From Callorhinchus milii (Eukaryota): DNA of 35,886 nt. Each line of letters opens with the position of its first letter. Position 1 is the first letter of the stretch. The DNA lies in contig NW_024705536.1 of NCBI RefSeq assembly GCF_018977255.1, positions 1 to 35,886 of the forward strand, read 5' to 3'. Below are positions 34,528 to 35,886 of this stretch, piece by piece. The notes below the pieces were generated by a model, which was not told where the DNA came from, did not search any database, and saw only the letters and a list, made by a program, of their open reading frames with translations. Both the position numbers and the translations under genes were made by a program.

Positions 34528-35886
34528 TTACTTGTAAATGAAGTCCATTCGCCTCTCCTTCTGGACAAATATGTCAGTGACTTTGTTGTAGAAGTCATCT
34601 TTATTCTCTTTTAGTTTTAAAAGTCTCTCCATCTCAATAGAGATGATTGCCAGGGATGAAAGTCGTTCTTGGTCGGTCCGATTCCGAATGTATGTTTGAG
34701 TCGTTTCAAAGTAGAGAGCGACCTTTCAACGGACGCTGTTGTAGCTGGTATAGTGAGCACCAGCTGGAGTAACTTTGTCGCCTCGGGAACCGTCTGCATC
34801 AAATCATTCTGGCCAAAAAACTGAGGAGCTGATTTGTATGCGTTCCTCGCCATTTGTGAACTATACAATCCGATAAAGTCAGCCTTTAGTCTAACAAAGT
34901 CAAAGTACCTTGCATATCTTGATTTGAAGCTTTCGTGACTACAGTAATCCACACTCTTTGGTTCTTTCGGTAAAGTCACGTAGGTAGAAAAAATAATAGA
35001 TCACGACGTTTCGATCGCAACACAAGCAATCGTCATCAGGTGGGACAACCACAGCAAGAAAAAACTGCTTAAGTAAGCCCTACTTCAGCAGTTTTTTCTT
35101 TTATTATTTTTCTACCTACGTGACTTTACCGAAAGAACCAAAGAGTATACCATGCATATTTAATAGGCTCTGCAGTTTGGTGTCATCGAAATGTTGTGAC
35201 ATTTAATCAAATTTCGTGCAATCAACCAAACCAAGGAAAGTTAGCTCACCGACATGATCAAACCTAGCTTTCATTTGAACACTGATATTGTCCAGAATTT
35301 TATAAAACATTCTTTTCGGCTGTTTACTTCGGGCATTGTCTGTCAGGCGAAATGTGACGCATTTCTGCTCGAATCGATCATAGAAACTGTCAAACTCTTG
35401 TCTCTGGCTTTCCACAACTCCCATTGTGTCGCGGATTCGCGCACAGCAGAATCCAATGTACATTACTTTATTCTGCAGCACACGAAAGAGTGCATCGGTT
35501 TCATTGAAGATGCCCTCATATGCCATTATGAAGAAGCAGGTTGATGCTTTTGACAGCCAGAGATCATATCCGGCGGCCATCATCAGGGTGTCATTGTCCC
35601 AACCATCGGGATTTTCGCTCATAATGCGGAACACAGCACGCAGATCAGATTGGCACATCCTGATCGTCCGAACTCGTCTAGAATTTGAGCTCCATCTCGT
35701 GGGCGCTGATCTTAGTAAACGTCGCTTCACAACATCGTCCAGGAGGTGGGTGCGCTTGGTCGACTTATTGAAAAACGTCGCAAGTCCCTCAACTGTTTAA
35801 AAAAAGTTTTACACTCAGGCATACATTTTGCTGAATGCGAGAGCACCAGGTTCAATTTATGTGCATAACAATGGGTAAACGTGGCT
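34528..35886 (-). pseudogene. hAT transposase pseudogene, C-terminal half
   Basis: HCYAHKLNL, PTRWSS and TIPATTASVERS motifs on the minus strand. Confidence 0.9.
34918..35147. mobile_element. Mini PLE (duplicate of 20130-20358); hammerhead at 35002-35042 (-)
   Basis: TSD taccttgcatat/taccatgcatat. Confidence 0.85.

Larger units (their letters stand above)
29790..35886 (-). repeat. Inverted segmental duplication, arm 2 (runs off the window)
   Basis: Mirror of 19391-24014, including all nested elements. Confidence 0.95.
34240..35886 (-). mobile_element. hAT transposon, second copy (3' part; continues beyond the window)
   Basis: Mirror of 19391-21037. Confidence 0.85.

Overview
Repeat-dominated eukaryotic (animal, probably vertebrate/chordate) non-genic DNA; no intact host protein-coding gene is recognisable, and most ORF-track entries are microsatellite or antisense artefacts. 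Main components: (1) a family of Penelope-like (PLE) retroelements, made up of one decayed RT-thumb/GIY-YIG copy, eight fold-back 'mini' copies (seven independent insertions plus one duplicate) with 12-15 bp target-site duplications (TSDs), and one single-arm fragment; many carry a minimal hammerhead ribozyme (CTGANGA...GAAACGTC); (2) non-autonomous Helitrons (5'-TC...hairpin-CTAG-3'), three of them in a head-to-tail tandem, carrying captured tRNA-SINE sequence and microsatellites; (3) a decayed hAT transposon (ZMYM1/DUF4371-type transposase); (4) an inverted segmental duplication of at least 4.6 kb (19391-24014 vs 29790-35886) that provides an empty/filled site pair for a 1.44-kb palindromic PLE insertion; (5) tRNA-SINEs, a V-SINE, L2 3' tails, solo LTRs, MITEs and minisatellites. 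All calls are from reading the sequence by eye; no searches were run.
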